Shown here: in pieces, positions 47,401 through 57,163 of the stretch
Numbering within the stretch: the first letter of the stretch is position 1
Layout of the letters: every line of letters begins with the position of its first letter
Assembly (NCBI GenBank): GCA_963663895.2
Contig: CAXXRD010000003.1
Location: 224,001 to 288,000 of the forward strand
Length of the DNA stretch: 64,000 bases
Source of the DNA: Dehalococcoidia bacterium
GTDB taxonomy: Bacteria > Chloroflexota > Dehalococcoidia > Bin125
Reading direction: 5' to 3'
Translations under genes and position numbers: made by a program
The notes under the pieces: model-generated
Database searches by the model: none
Told to the model about the DNA's origin: nothing
The model's input: only the letters and a program-made list of their open reading frames with translations

Positions 47401-50400
47401 CTAGGAGCTAGCCGAAAGCGGCCAGCCGCCGTGGGTCTCGATCACCTCGTCGATGCGCTGCATCAAGCCAGGCGTCTCGGAGAGGGCGGCGCAGACCCGC
47501 CGGTACCAGGCGATGTCGTCGAATGAGAGCGTGCGCCCCTTGCGGTCCTTCAGCCACTTTTCGGCGGGCTGGTAGCCGCCGATGGTGAACGCCCACGTCT
47601 CCGGCGAGACGCCCTCGAAGTGCTGCGAGTTGTTGATCCAGACGCGGCCCGGCGTGCCGTCCGAGGGCTCGGCGTAGCGGACGCGATCCACGCGGTTATC
47701 GCCGGCGACATTGAAGTCGGGCGCGTCCGCGCCGTCCGCCTCCATCAGATGGAGGGCCGCGAGGCGCACGCCCAAGGCGGCGAGGTCGGTGAACAGCGCC
47801 CGGCTGCCGGGCAGCGGGACGCGCGGGAAGTCCGATTTGAGGAAATCGGCGTAGCGGCGGCGGTACTCCAAGCTATGGAGCACCGCGTAGATGTAGTGGA
47901 ACACGTCCTCCAGCGTGGCGCTTGTGCCGATCGCGTCTTCAAGGGCTGCAGTGAACCCCAGCGAGAGGTTCGGCGTACGAGTACCACTGAGCGCTGGTGC
48001 CGCCGTCGTGCCAGTTTCGTCCTTCTCTTCCTGAAAGAGATAGAGCGGGAACAGGCAATTTCCCCCGCGCCGGAATAAGTTGAAATCCGTAAGCGAGTTC
48101 CCAGCGAGGACCACATCCCATGTTTCCGAGCCAATTACCTGCCCGGCTCGACCGACGGACAGCCCGAGATTCGGTCCGGCTAGCATGTGGCGCATCACCT
48201 GCGGTCGTGGCATACATATGAAACCGCGTGACCTTCCGGTGTAGAACGTGCATCTCCTATCGAAGGGTCGATAGAGGATGGGGTAAATCAACGCGTCCGT
48301 ATCCGAATGTGAACGGACATCTGCCTGCGCCAGAGACACTTTCCAGTCGCGGGCATCGGGGCCGAGATTGTAGCGAACACGTGCATCTTCCTCAGACCGG
48401 TTTGCGAAATCCGACGCTACGCGGCGCACGTCTTCGCGCGTCCACTGGATCGCCAACTTGTCGCGGGCAGTGACGATGCCGACCGAATTCACGGGAAAAA
48501 CATCCGTCAGCTTCCAGCCCGCTTCGTACTCCTCGATCAGTGCCTCGTCCCGTGGGACGAAGAGGTATTGCGGCGACTGCGGTGAGAGTTCAGTCCACTC
48601 CGTACTGCCGATGTCGTTAGCGGCGAGCCAGCCGTACTTGCCGCCGTCCGCTCCCGCCTCGCGCTCGCCCCAGAGGTCCGCGTGAAGCACGTGTGCCGGG
48701 TCGCCGCCGCTATCCTTGCGCTTGACGAAGAGGCCGATGGCGACGCCTTGCTGGATGTCGAATACGTTCTCATCCGGGCCGCCGTCCGGCGCGCGCTCCT
48801 TCCTCTTGCTATTGCCGTGGAGATCGAGCAAGTAGATCTCGTCGAACGCCTTCATCAGCGACTGGCGCATTCCCCGGAAGGTAGGGTTGTCGAGATAGCT
48901 GTGGTCGGTGACGAACCCGAGCACGCCCTCGCCGGTCTTCTCGATGCGCCATTGGGCGAAGCGGATGAACTTCACATAGTCGTTGTTGACCCACTTCGGA
49001 TTGCGCTCGCCTTGCTCTCTTAGCGATTGACCGTCCACCTCGAAGTAGCTTTGCGGCGAATCATCGATGCGCCCATGCAGCAAGTCCTTGATCCACTTGC
49101 CTTTGTTGGCGGAGTGGCCGGAATAGGGTGGATTGCCGAGCACGACCATCACCGGCCGGTCGCGCTTGACGGCGTCCGCCTCCCGCGCCTCCCGCGCGAT
49201 CTCGTCGGCGAACATCACCCGCCCACTGATTTCATGGGCCTCCTCCAGTGAGTTGGTGAGGAAGACGTTGAGACGCTCGTCCGCAGGCAGCGTGAACCGC
49301 GCCTCCGGCCCGCCGATCTCAAGGGCGAGCTTGAGGTGGCAGATCGCGTAGGGCGCCATCAGCAGCTCGAAGCCCGAACAGACGTGGCAGCAGATGCTCG
49401 CGCACGTACCCAGGCCAGGCGCCGCCAAGGCCCTTGCCCGCGACCGTCTCGCGGACGCGGGAGACGACTTCGCGCAGGAACGTGCCGGTACCCGCCGCCG
49501 GGTCGAGGATCAGCACGCGCGGACTCTCCGACTTTGCTCCGTCCACCGCCTCCGTTTCGGCCACCGCGGTATCGGCGAGGCCGCCGGCAAGGCCAAATTT
49601 ATCGCGCAGCAGGTGGTCGGCGCTGCGGACGATGTAGGAGACGACCGGCTCGGGCGTGTAATAGACGCCGCGCAGCTCGCGCAGCTTGGGGTCGTAGGCG
49701 GCGAGGAAGTCCTCGTAGAAGTGCACGACCGGATCTTCTTTTCTGGTGCGACGGCCGAAGTCCTCAAGGATCGCCGCCATGTCGGCATGGGCCAGCAGCA
49801 GCGCCAGGTCGTCCACAACCCAGGCGATCCGTGGATCGGCGGCCGGACCGGCGACGCGCCCGAAGAGATCGCGCAGAAGGGGCGTCGTCCGCGCGAACAC
49901 GGCCGACTGACGGGTAAACTCCTCGGGCGGCCGGTCGTGGAAGCAGCGCGCCGCGAACAATCCATATGCCGCCGTCTGCGCCTGCAGGTCGGCGAACTCC
50001 TCCGCCCCCAGGTCGCTGATCAGCACCTCGCGGTAACTCCTCAGTAGCTCGCCCAGGGCGGCAGGGTCGCCGCCGTCCTCCTCCAGGATGCGCCGGATGC
50101 TCTCGCGCAGCAGCCGCGTCTTGCCCGCCATCCGCCGCGCCAGCTCGGCCGGGTCGCCGACCACGACGGGAGCGGCGGTGAGGAATGTCTCCAGCAATGC
50201 CAGAAGGGCGTCGGCACCGCCGCGTTCCGGCACGATCTTGCCGTCTCCGTCGAAGCGGCCGAGCCGCGCCATCTCGCGCAGCTCGCCGCCGGCATACCAG
50301 CGGAAATCGAGGTAGTCGGTGAGGATCAGATTGGGCAAGGCGTCGCGGTAGCGCCGAAGCTGCTCGCTCTCCGCGGCAGCGTCGAGATTCTCGCCGATGT

Positions 50401-50620
50401 CCTTGCACTCGATATGGCCGATCGGCAGGTCGCGCCGCTGGACGATGAAGTCGGGCGCGCCGTAGTCGCTGTGCTTGGGATCGTTGATCGCCCGGACGCC
50501 GTCGCCGCCCAGCGCCTCGATCAGCATCTGGAGCGCGTGCCTGTAGCTGTGCTCGGTCGCCTGCCCACTGGCGCGGGTCTCGCGCAGCTCACGCAGATAG
50601 GCTCTTAGGGCAGCGTTCAC
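47401..50620 (-). pseudogene. Single-chain restriction-modification enzyme (Type IIG / helicase-less Type ISP-like, N6-adenine MTase), frameshifted near 49373
   Basis: N-terminal PDF...IECK nuclease motif, GVYYTP, LDPAAGTGTF in one frame; GFELLMAPY, GNPPY, YVKF.R and an ISP-type C-terminus (YRPFD, DFPRVP, IGGYQ) in the next frame. Confidence 0.85.
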
Positions 50621-50751
50621 ACGTGCTCTCCCCGGATCTCCAGCGGCGCACCGTACCAAGCGCCGATAGACCACACGTCAACTATTGCTAACTATCACGG
50701 ATAGGAGCGCTTCGCACACGGGCCAGGCCGCAAGGCTGATCGCCGCCCCGC

Positions 50752-51498
50752 TCAGCGCGCGGTGGCGCTGAGCGTGCCCAGGTAGAGCTCGACCACGTTC
50801 TCGTCGTGGAGCAGATCCTCGCCGCGGCCCTCGTAGGCGTTGCGGCCCTGATCGAGCACGTAGCCGCGGTGCGCGATCTGGAGGCAGCGCCGGGCGTTCT
50901 GCTCGACCATGAGCACGGCCACGCCCGCGCGGCCGACCGCCATCACCTGCTCGAAGACCTCTTCCTGGTAGGCGGGCGCGAGGCCGGCGGAGGGCTCGTC
51001 GAGCAGCAGGACGGCCGGCCGCATCATCAGGGCGCGGCCCATCGCCACCATCTGGCGCTCGCCGCCGGAGAGGGAGCCGGCCCGCTGGCCCGCGCGCTCC
51101 CGCAGCAGGGGAAAGAGATCGGCGACGAAGTCGAAGCGCTCGCGCCAAGCCTTGGGCTCGAGGAAGAGGCCCATCTCCAGGTTCTCGCGCACGCTCAGGC
51201 GGGGGAAGACGTTCTCCGTCTGGGGGACGTAGCCGATGCCCGCCTCGACGAGGCGGTGGGGGCGGGTGTTGGTGACCGGCCGACCGCGCAGGAGGACCTG
51301 GCCCGACCAGACCGGGACGAGGCCGAAGACGGCCTTGACGAGGGTCGACTTGCCGGCCCCGTTGGGCCCCACGACGCCGACGATCTCGCCCGCGTGGAGG
51401 GTGATCGAGCAGTTGTTGAGGATGATCACGCCCCGCACGTAGCCGGCGACGATCCCGCGCGCCTCCAGCAGCGGCGTTCCCCCGGCCGGCTCAGTCAC
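50752..51498 (-). CDS. livF: LIV-family ABC ATPase (LivF-like)
   Basis: GPNGAGKST, LSGGERQM, LDEPSAGLAP, VEQN. Confidence 0.9.
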   Translation of the reverse strand: MTEPAGGTPLLEARGIVAGYVRGVIILNNCSITLHAGEIVGVVGPNGAGKSTLVKAVFGLVPVWSGQVLLRGRPVTNTRPHRLVEAGIGYVPQTENVFPRLSVRENLEMGLFLEPKAWRERFDFVADLFPLLRERAGQRAGSLSGGERQMVAMGRALMMRPAVLLLDEPSAGLAPAYQEEVFEQVMAVGRAGVAVLMVEQNARRCLQIAHRGYVLDQGRNAYEGRGEDLLHDENVVELYLGTLSATAR

Positions 51499-52360
51499 GG
51501 GACGCCTCGCTCTCCGCTGCTCCGCCCTTCTCCAGGCCGTGCGCGCGGCCGAGATAGGCCTCGATCACGCCCGCATGGGCCACGATATCCGCCGGCGGGC
51601 CCTCGGCCAGGATCCGGCCCTGCGCCATCACCACCACCCAGTCGCTGATCCCCATCACCACGTCCATATCATGCTCGATGAAGACGATCGTGAGCCCCTC
51701 CGCCTGGAGCTTGCGCACGTGGCCGAGCAGCGACTGGGTGAGCGCCGGGTTCACCCCGGCGGTGGGCTCGTCGAACATGATGAGCCCGGGCTGGGTCATG
51801 AGCGCGCGGGCCATCTCCAGGAGCTTGCGCTGGCCGCCGGAGAGGGTGTCCGCCGGCTGGTCGGCCATGTGATCGAGCCCGAAGCGCTGCAGCAGCGTCC
51901 GCGCACGGATCTTGACCTTCTGCTCCTGGTCACGCCAGAGCCGGCGCAGCAGGGCCCGTTCGAGCCGCTCGCCGGACTGCCCCGGGGCGGCGACGGCCAT
52001 GTTCTCGAGGACGGTCAGGCGGGCGAGCACGCGGGTGAGCTGGAAGGTGCGCACCATGCCCAGGCGGCTGATGCGGTGCGCGGCCAGGCCGTTCAGCCGC
52101 TTGCCGTCGAGGCTCCAGATCCCGGCGTCGGGGCGCTCGAAGCCGCTGAGAAGGTTGAAGAGCGTGGTCTTGCCGGCCCCGTTGGGCCCGATGATGGCGG
52201 TGACGGCGCCGCGCGCGATCTCGAGGTGATCGACGTCCACGGCGCGGATGCCGCTGAACGAGCGCCGCAACCCGTCGGCGACCAGGATCGGATCGTGCTT
52301 GGCGCCCTCCGGCAGGACCTCGCCGCCGCCCGCGTTCCTCTCCGGCGCACGCTCAGGCAT
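51491..52360 (-). CDS. livG: LIV-family ABC ATPase (LivG-like)
   Basis: GPNGAGKTTLFN, RTFQ, DEPTAG, IEHDM, VIEAYLG. Confidence 0.9.
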   Translation of the reverse strand: MPERAPERNAGGGEVLPEGAKHDPILVADGLRRSFSGIRAVDVDHLEIARGAVTAIIGPNGAGKTTLFNLLSGFERPDAGIWSLDGKRLNGLAAHRISRLGMVRTFQLTRVLARLTVLENMAVAAPGQSGERLERALLRRLWRDQEQKVKIRARTLLQRFGLDHMADQPADTLSGGQRKLLEMARALMTQPGLIMFDEPTAGVNPALTQSLLGHVRKLQAEGLTIVFIEHDMDVVMGISDWVVVMAQGRILAEGPPADIVAHAGVIEAYLGRAHGLEKGGAAESEASRD

Positions 52361-53348
52361 CGGCGGCCCCCTCGTGGCGCTTCCCGAAGAGGCCTCCGGG
52401 GCGGGACTTCAAGAGCAGGATCAGGGCGATGCCCGCCAGCGCGATGCTGACGGCGCCGCCCGCGTCATAGAGGAAGTCGGCGAGGAGGTCCGGCAGCCAC
52501 GCCTCCTCCGAGAGCTGCCGGAGGAAGGAGTCGACGCCCTCCCGCAGGAACCAGAAGAGCACGGCCGCGACGATGGGTCCGGCGGTGGTGGCGACGCCGC
52601 CCATGATCAGCACGACGTAGGCCATGAAGGTGACCTGCGACCCGAAGCTCTCCGAGCCGACCCCGGACTGCTGCAAGGCGTTGACCACGCCCGCGAGCCC
52701 GCCGATCACGCCGCCGATCGCCAGCGCCTGCAGCTTGTAGCCGACCACGTTCTTGCCGAGGCTCGCGGCGGCGTCCTCGTCCTCGCGAATGGCGCGGATG
52801 ACGCGGCCCCAGGGGCTGCGTATCAGGAGGAACACGAGCGTGGCGGCGAGCGCGACCAAGACCCAGCCGACGATCATGACCCAGAGCTGGTTGGCGGTGT
52901 AGCTGAAGGTGCCGATCCCGTAGCGACCCTCCACGATCGGGTTGAGGGCGTAGAAGCTGCCCGCGATCGCCTGCAGGCCGAAGGGCCCGCCCGTGATGTC
53001 GGTGGCGGGGGAGGAGCGGACCAGCAAGCGCAGGATCTCGGCGGCGGCGAGCGTGGTGATGGCGAAGTATTCCTTGCGCAGGCGCAGGGTGGGGAGGCCG
53101 AGCACGAGGGCGAGGACGACGCAGAGCCCCAGCCCGAAGGGGATGCCGAGCCAGAGCGAGCCGCCCCAGGTCGCGACGGTGATGGCGGTGCCGTAGGCGG
53201 CCACCATCATGAAGGCGACCTGGCCGAAGTTGAGCAGGCCGGTGTAGCCGAAATGGAGGTTGAGGCCGATCACCAGCAGCGCGAAGATCGCGGCTTGCGG
53301 GCCGAGGCCGGCGCGGCCGGCGTTCCCCAGGATGACGTCGAACTCCAT
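52353..53348 (-). CDS. livM: LIV-family permease (LivM-like)
   Basis: GLNLHFGYTGLLNFGQ, LRLR.EY.AI.TL, SPWGR..RAIREDE.AA.SLG. Confidence 0.9.
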   Translation of the reverse strand: MEFDVILGNAGRAGLGPQAAIFALLVIGLNLHFGYTGLLNFGQVAFMMVAAYGTAITVATWGGSLWLGIPFGLGLCVVLALVLGLPTLRLRKEYFAITTLAAAEILRLLVRSSPATDITGGPFGLQAIAGSFYALNPIVEGRYGIGTFSYTANQLWVMIVGWVLVALAATLVFLLIRSPWGRVIRAIREDEDAAASLGKNVVGYKLQALAIGGVIGGLAGVVNALQQSGVGSESFGSQVTFMAYVVLIMGGVATTAGPIVAAVLFWFLREGVDSFLRQLSEEAWLPDLLADFLYDAGGAVSIALAGIALILLLKSRPGGLFGKRHEGAADA

Positions 53349-53350
53349 CG

Positions 53351-54643
53351 CTACCCCACCCGCTCCCGCCGCCCCAGCAGACCCTGGGGCCGGAGGAGCA
53401 GCGCCAAGACGAGCACCGCCAGAGCGAAGACCGTCTTGATCTCGGCGCCCACCCAGATCGTGCTCACCTCCGTGACCAGGCCGATCAGGAGACCGCCCGC
53501 CATCGCTCCGTAGGCCGTTCCCAAGCCGCCGAGCACGACCGCGGCGAACATGAGCAGCAGCAAGCGGGCGCCCATCAGCCAATCAACGGACTCCACCGTC
53601 CCGAAGAAGATCCCGCCCGCCGCCGCCAGAGCCGCGCCCGCGATCCAGACAATGAGGACGATGCGATCGACGTCGATGCCGCAGGATTCGGCCAGCGAAG
53701 GATTATCGGAGACCGCCCGCATCGCTTTCCCGATGCGCGTCCGCTGCAGGAACAGCGCCACCGCGACCAGCACGGCGGCGGAGAGCACCATGACCGTGAA
53801 GTCGCGCGGCGTCACCGCGAAGGGCCCGAAGCTCCACTCGGCTTGGAGGGCGAAGTCCGTGTACCGATCGCGATCGGGCCCGAAAAACATGAGCAGGATG
53901 TGCCGGATAAGCAGTGACAGCCCAATCGTGACGACCATGAACTGGACCAGCCCAAGCCGGCGGCGGCGGAGGGGGCGGAGGACCCCGATCTCGAGACCGC
54001 CTCCAGCGATGCCGGCGATCGCGATCGCGAGCACGCCAGCGACGACGAGCGGCAGCTCGATCGTGTCCGCATGGAGGTACCACGCCACGATCGCGCCGAA
54101 CGTCACGAGCTCGCTGTGGGCGAAGTTGATGACTCGCGTCGTGCCGAAGATCAGCGATAGCCCGATCGCGCACATGGCGATGATGAGACCGAGCTTGACG
54201 CCGTTGAGCACCGCCTGCGCGAGCTTCTCGCCCAGCCCCGGTCCGGCGGCGACGGGCTCCCCGAGCGCGAAGACCAGCGGCCGCGGCTGCCCGGCCATGA
54301 TCGTCGCTTCAAGCGACCGGCGCGCCGGATCGCGGAGACCGACGCCTGGAGGCAGGGAATCCGTATCGATCGTGGCACGGTAGGCTCCCGGCCCCGGAAG
54401 GGCGATCCGCCACTTCCCTTCATCGTCCGTCGTCGCCTCACCGATCGCATCCCCGGCGGCGTCCACCACGGTGATGCGCGCGCCGGCAACGGGGTCGCCC
54501 TCGAACCGCAACGTCCCGAAGAAAGCTTCCCCCTCGTCACCCCCCTGTGCGAAGGCGACGGCGGTCGTGGCGATCAGGAGGAGGGAAGCGAGCGCCGCAG
54601 CGACCAACGTGAGCACCCCCCGGCTCGGGTGGCCGAACGTCAA
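53351..54643 (-). CDS. livH: LIV-family permease (LivH-like) with N-terminal extracytoplasmic beta-domain
   Basis: Signal peptide, PVAGARITV...TTDDEGKW domain, GLSLIFG...INFAH, GKAMRAVSDN. Confidence 0.88.
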   Translation of the reverse strand: MTFGHPSRGVLTLVAAALASLLLIATTAVAFAQGGDEGEAFFGTLRFEGDPVAGARITVVDAAGDAIGEATTDDEGKWRIALPGPGAYRATIDTDSLPPGVGLRDPARRSLEATIMAGQPRPLVFALGEPVAAGPGLGEKLAQAVLNGVKLGLIIAMCAIGLSLIFGTTRVINFAHSELVTFGAIVAWYLHADTIELPLVVAGVLAIAIAGIAGGGLEIGVLRPLRRRRLGLVQFMVVTIGLSLLIRHILLMFFGPDRDRYTDFALQAEWSFGPFAVTPRDFTVMVLSAAVLVAVALFLQRTRIGKAMRAVSDNPSLAESCGIDVDRIVLIVWIAGAALAAAGGIFFGTVESVDWLMGARLLLLMFAAVVLGGLGTAYGAMAGGLLIGLVTEVSTIWVGAEIKTVFALAVLVLALLLRPQGLLGRRERVG

Positions 54644-54888
54644 GTCGTCTCTCCTTCGCGGAGTCTCGAAGCTTCTGGAGTTATAGGCGCTGGAGTCCTC
54701 CCCGGTCGAGAGTCTCCACGAAGTCGCCGCTTCGCGTGCGGCTCAACGGCGCCCAGGATGAGCCAGCGCATTTATGACTATTGATTATGATTCCGAGGCG
54801 CGCATCGATTCGCCAGACACCTATGCTAGCCGCATAATCAGGCTCCTACTCATTGGTTAAGCGCGTTTATTAGGCTCAGGGGATTGCA

Positions 54889-56310
54889 ATGTCGATATCT
54901 CGCGTCCGGATCGCGATAAGGTCTCTGCTCGTCTCGATCGGAATTCTCGGACTGCTCCTCGTCGCGGCCTGCGGCGGCGGAGAGGGGGACGGCGAGGTAG
55001 AGCCAACGACCACAGCGGTCGAGCCGGCCCCCGAGCCCGAGCCCGCGCCGGCACCCGATCCCGCACCGGCGCCTGAGCCTGAATCCGCGCCCGAGCCTGA
55101 GTCCGCACCTGAGCCCACGCCGGCACCCGAGCCCACGCCGGCACCCGAGCCGGCGCCTGAGCCCGAATCCACGCCTGAACCCGAACCTGTGGTCGTACCG
55201 CTCAAGATCGGCAGGCTGATCCCGGAAACGGGACCGCTCGCCCCGCTCGCCGGTCCCGCTGTTGAAGCCACGCTCCTTGCCGTGGAGGACATCAACGCCG
55301 CCGGCGGCGACATCAGCATCATCAATGCAGACACCGCGACAAGCCCTGATGTCGCCATCGAAGGGGTCAACCGCCTGCTGGCGGAGGGCGCCGACGTGAT
55401 CCTCGGGCCGGCCGCTTCGGGCATCACACAGGCCGTCATCCAAACGCTCTACGACGCGAAAACTCCGCAGTGCTCGCCCTCGGCGCAGTCCCCGGCCTTC
55501 AGCACACAGGAGAACGCCGCCTATTTCTTCCGCACGGTGCCGCCCGTGCAAGCGGTCGCCCCCATCATCGCCAACGTCGTTGCCGGCGACGGCGCGACCC
55601 GCGTCGCGCTTGTCGGCCGGGCCGATGAGTATGGGATCGCGATCACGGGTCTCGTGGCCACGCTGCTCGGCCAGATCGGCGCCGAGTCCGAGACCATCCT
55701 CTACGATCCGGCCTCCCCCTCTTTCGACGCCGAGGTTGCGGCGGTGGTGGGCTATAGCCCAGATGCGATCGTGAACGTTGGCTTCTTCATCGACGGTGGA
55801 AGCATCATTCGCGACCTGATCGAGGCCGGGCTCGGGCCCGAGATACAGTACGGCTCGGACGCCCTTTTCCACCCCTATCTGTGGCAATTGATCGATCCGA
55901 ACAATCCAACGGTGCTCGACGGCATGCAGATCATCGGGGTCGCCGGTAACGAGGAGTTCAACGCACGGCTGAGCGCCATCAGCGACGGCAACGTGAACTT
56001 CGCCGGCCAGGCCTACGACTGCGTCGTGCTCTTGGCGCTGGCCGCCCAGATCGCCGGCAGCAGCGACGGCGACGCCATCCTCGCCGCCTTCCCCGGCATC
56101 ACCGCGGACGGCACTGAGTGCCGCTCCTACGCCGAGTGCGCCGCCCTCATCGCCGCCGGCCAGGATATCGACTACGTCGGCGTGAGCGGGCCCCTGAACT
56201 TCAACGCCGTCGGCGACCCCACGGTCGGCTCCTACGGCGTCTTCCGCTTCGAGAACGGCAATCTCGGCATCACCCGATCCATCGAGGTGGATCTGACTCA
56301 GTTCAACTAG
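54889..56310 (+). CDS. LIV-family substrate-binding lipoprotein
   Basis: Lipobox VAAC; Pro/Glu linker; KIG.L.P.TG, IN.AGG, GPAASG, FFRTVP, YDCV, GVSG. Confidence 0.9.
   Translation: MSISRVRIAIRSLLVSIGILGLLLVAACGGGEGDGEVEPTTTAVEPAPEPEPAPAPDPAPAPEPESAPEPESAPEPTPAPEPTPAPEPAPEPESTPEPEPVVVPLKIGRLIPETGPLAPLAGPAVEATLLAVEDINAAGGDISIINADTATSPDVAIEGVNRLLAEGADVILGPAASGITQAVIQTLYDAKTPQCSPSAQSPAFSTQENAAYFFRTVPPVQAVAPIIANVVAGDGATRVALVGRADEYGIAITGLVATLLGQIGAESETILYDPASPSFDAEVAAVVGYSPDAIVNVGFFIDGGSIIRDLIEAGLGPEIQYGSDALFHPYLWQLIDPNNPTVLDGMQIIGVAGNEEFNARLSAISDGNVNFAGQAYDCVVLLALAAQIAGSSDGDAILAAFPGITADGTECRSYAECAALIAAGQDIDYVGVSGPLNFNAVGDPTVGSYGVFRFENGNLGITRSIEVDLTQFN
55021..55188 (+). repeat. Degenerate 12/18-bp tandem repeats encoding EPxxAP
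   Basis: Includes two exact copies of GAGCCCACGCCGGCACCC. Confidence 0.85.
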
Positions 56311-56332
56311 CTGGAGCTTAATTAGCTCCAGC
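56310..56332. terminator. Hairpin between convergent genes
   Basis: GCTGGAGCT-TAATT-AGCTCCAGC, overlapping the stop codon; no U-tract. Confidence 0.5.
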
Positions 56333-56440
56333 GTTGGACGGGTCGAGGAAGAACGTCGCTGCTGCCACCGTCCGCAGCGACCGCGATCAGTGCCGCCAAA
56401 GCGAGCCGCGCGCCTTGATCTTCATTCAGGTGCAATTAAA

Positions 56441-57163
56441 TTAAGACGCGGCCTTAGGCAGATAGAGCTCCTGCATGACGCCAGAGTTTCGCATCTCCTC
56501 CAGCGAACCCTCCGCCGCGATCGCGCCGGTCTGCATGAGGTATCCCCGCTCGGCCACACCAAGCGCAAGCCCAGCGTTCTGCTCCACCAGCAGGACTGAG
56601 GCGCCGAACTCATCGCGCAGTCCCCGGATGATCCCCGCGATCTCCTGCACGAGCACCGGGGAAAGCCCGAGCGATGGCTCATCCAAGAGGATCAGCGTCG
56701 GCCGCGCCATCAGCCCCCGCGCGATGGCGAGCATCTGCTGCTGTCCTCCGCTGAGGTCCGTTCCCTGAGCGCCAAGACGCTCGCGCAAGATCGGGAAATA
56801 ATCAAGCATTCGCTCCAAATCCTGGTCCACTTCGGATTGAACCGACCGTGCGTAAGCGCCGAGAGCGAGGTTGTCACGCACGGTCATCCCTGGAAAGATG
56901 CGTCGCCCCTCGGGAACCAAGCTCACCCCGGCCCTTGTCACGCGATCCGCTGGCCAGCCACTGATGTCGTCGCCGTCGAAGATGATCCGTCCGCCCGAGA
57001 TGGCGAGAAGGCCGGCGATCGCGCTAAGTAACGTCGTCTTGCCAGCACCGTTCGGCCCAAGGACGGTGACGATCTCGCCTTGCTCGATCGTCATCGAGAC
57101 GCCGCGATGCACACGAGTGCGACCGTAGGCCGTATGCAGGTCACGAACTTCCAGCAAGCTCAA
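56441..57163 (-). CDS. livF: LIV-family ABC ATPase (LivF-like), second system
   Basis: GPNGAGKTT, VPEGRRIF, LSGGQQQM, LDEPSLGLSP, VEQN. TTG 57163 taken as start. Confidence 0.9.
   Translation of the reverse strand: MSLLEVRDLHTAYGRTRVHRGVSMTIEQGEIVTVLGPNGAGKTTLLSAIAGLLAISGGRIIFDGDDISGWPADRVTRAGVSLVPEGRRIFPGMTVRDNLALGAYARSVQSEVDQDLERMLDYFPILRERLGAQGTDLSGGQQQMLAIARGLMARPTLILLDEPSLGLSPVLVQEIAGIIRGLRDEFGASVLLVEQNAGLALGVAERGYLMQTGAIAAEGSLEEMRNSGVMQELYLPKAAS

Noticed and set aside
46371-50642. GATCTCCA at both sides of the RM cassette as a target-site duplication
   Set aside because: The 8-mer occurs elsewhere in the window (e.g. near 32573, 45292, 60114), so it is not informative.
36198-50700. 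Integrated island at tRNA-Asn
   Set aside because: I found no duplicated tRNA 3' end and no integrase in the window.
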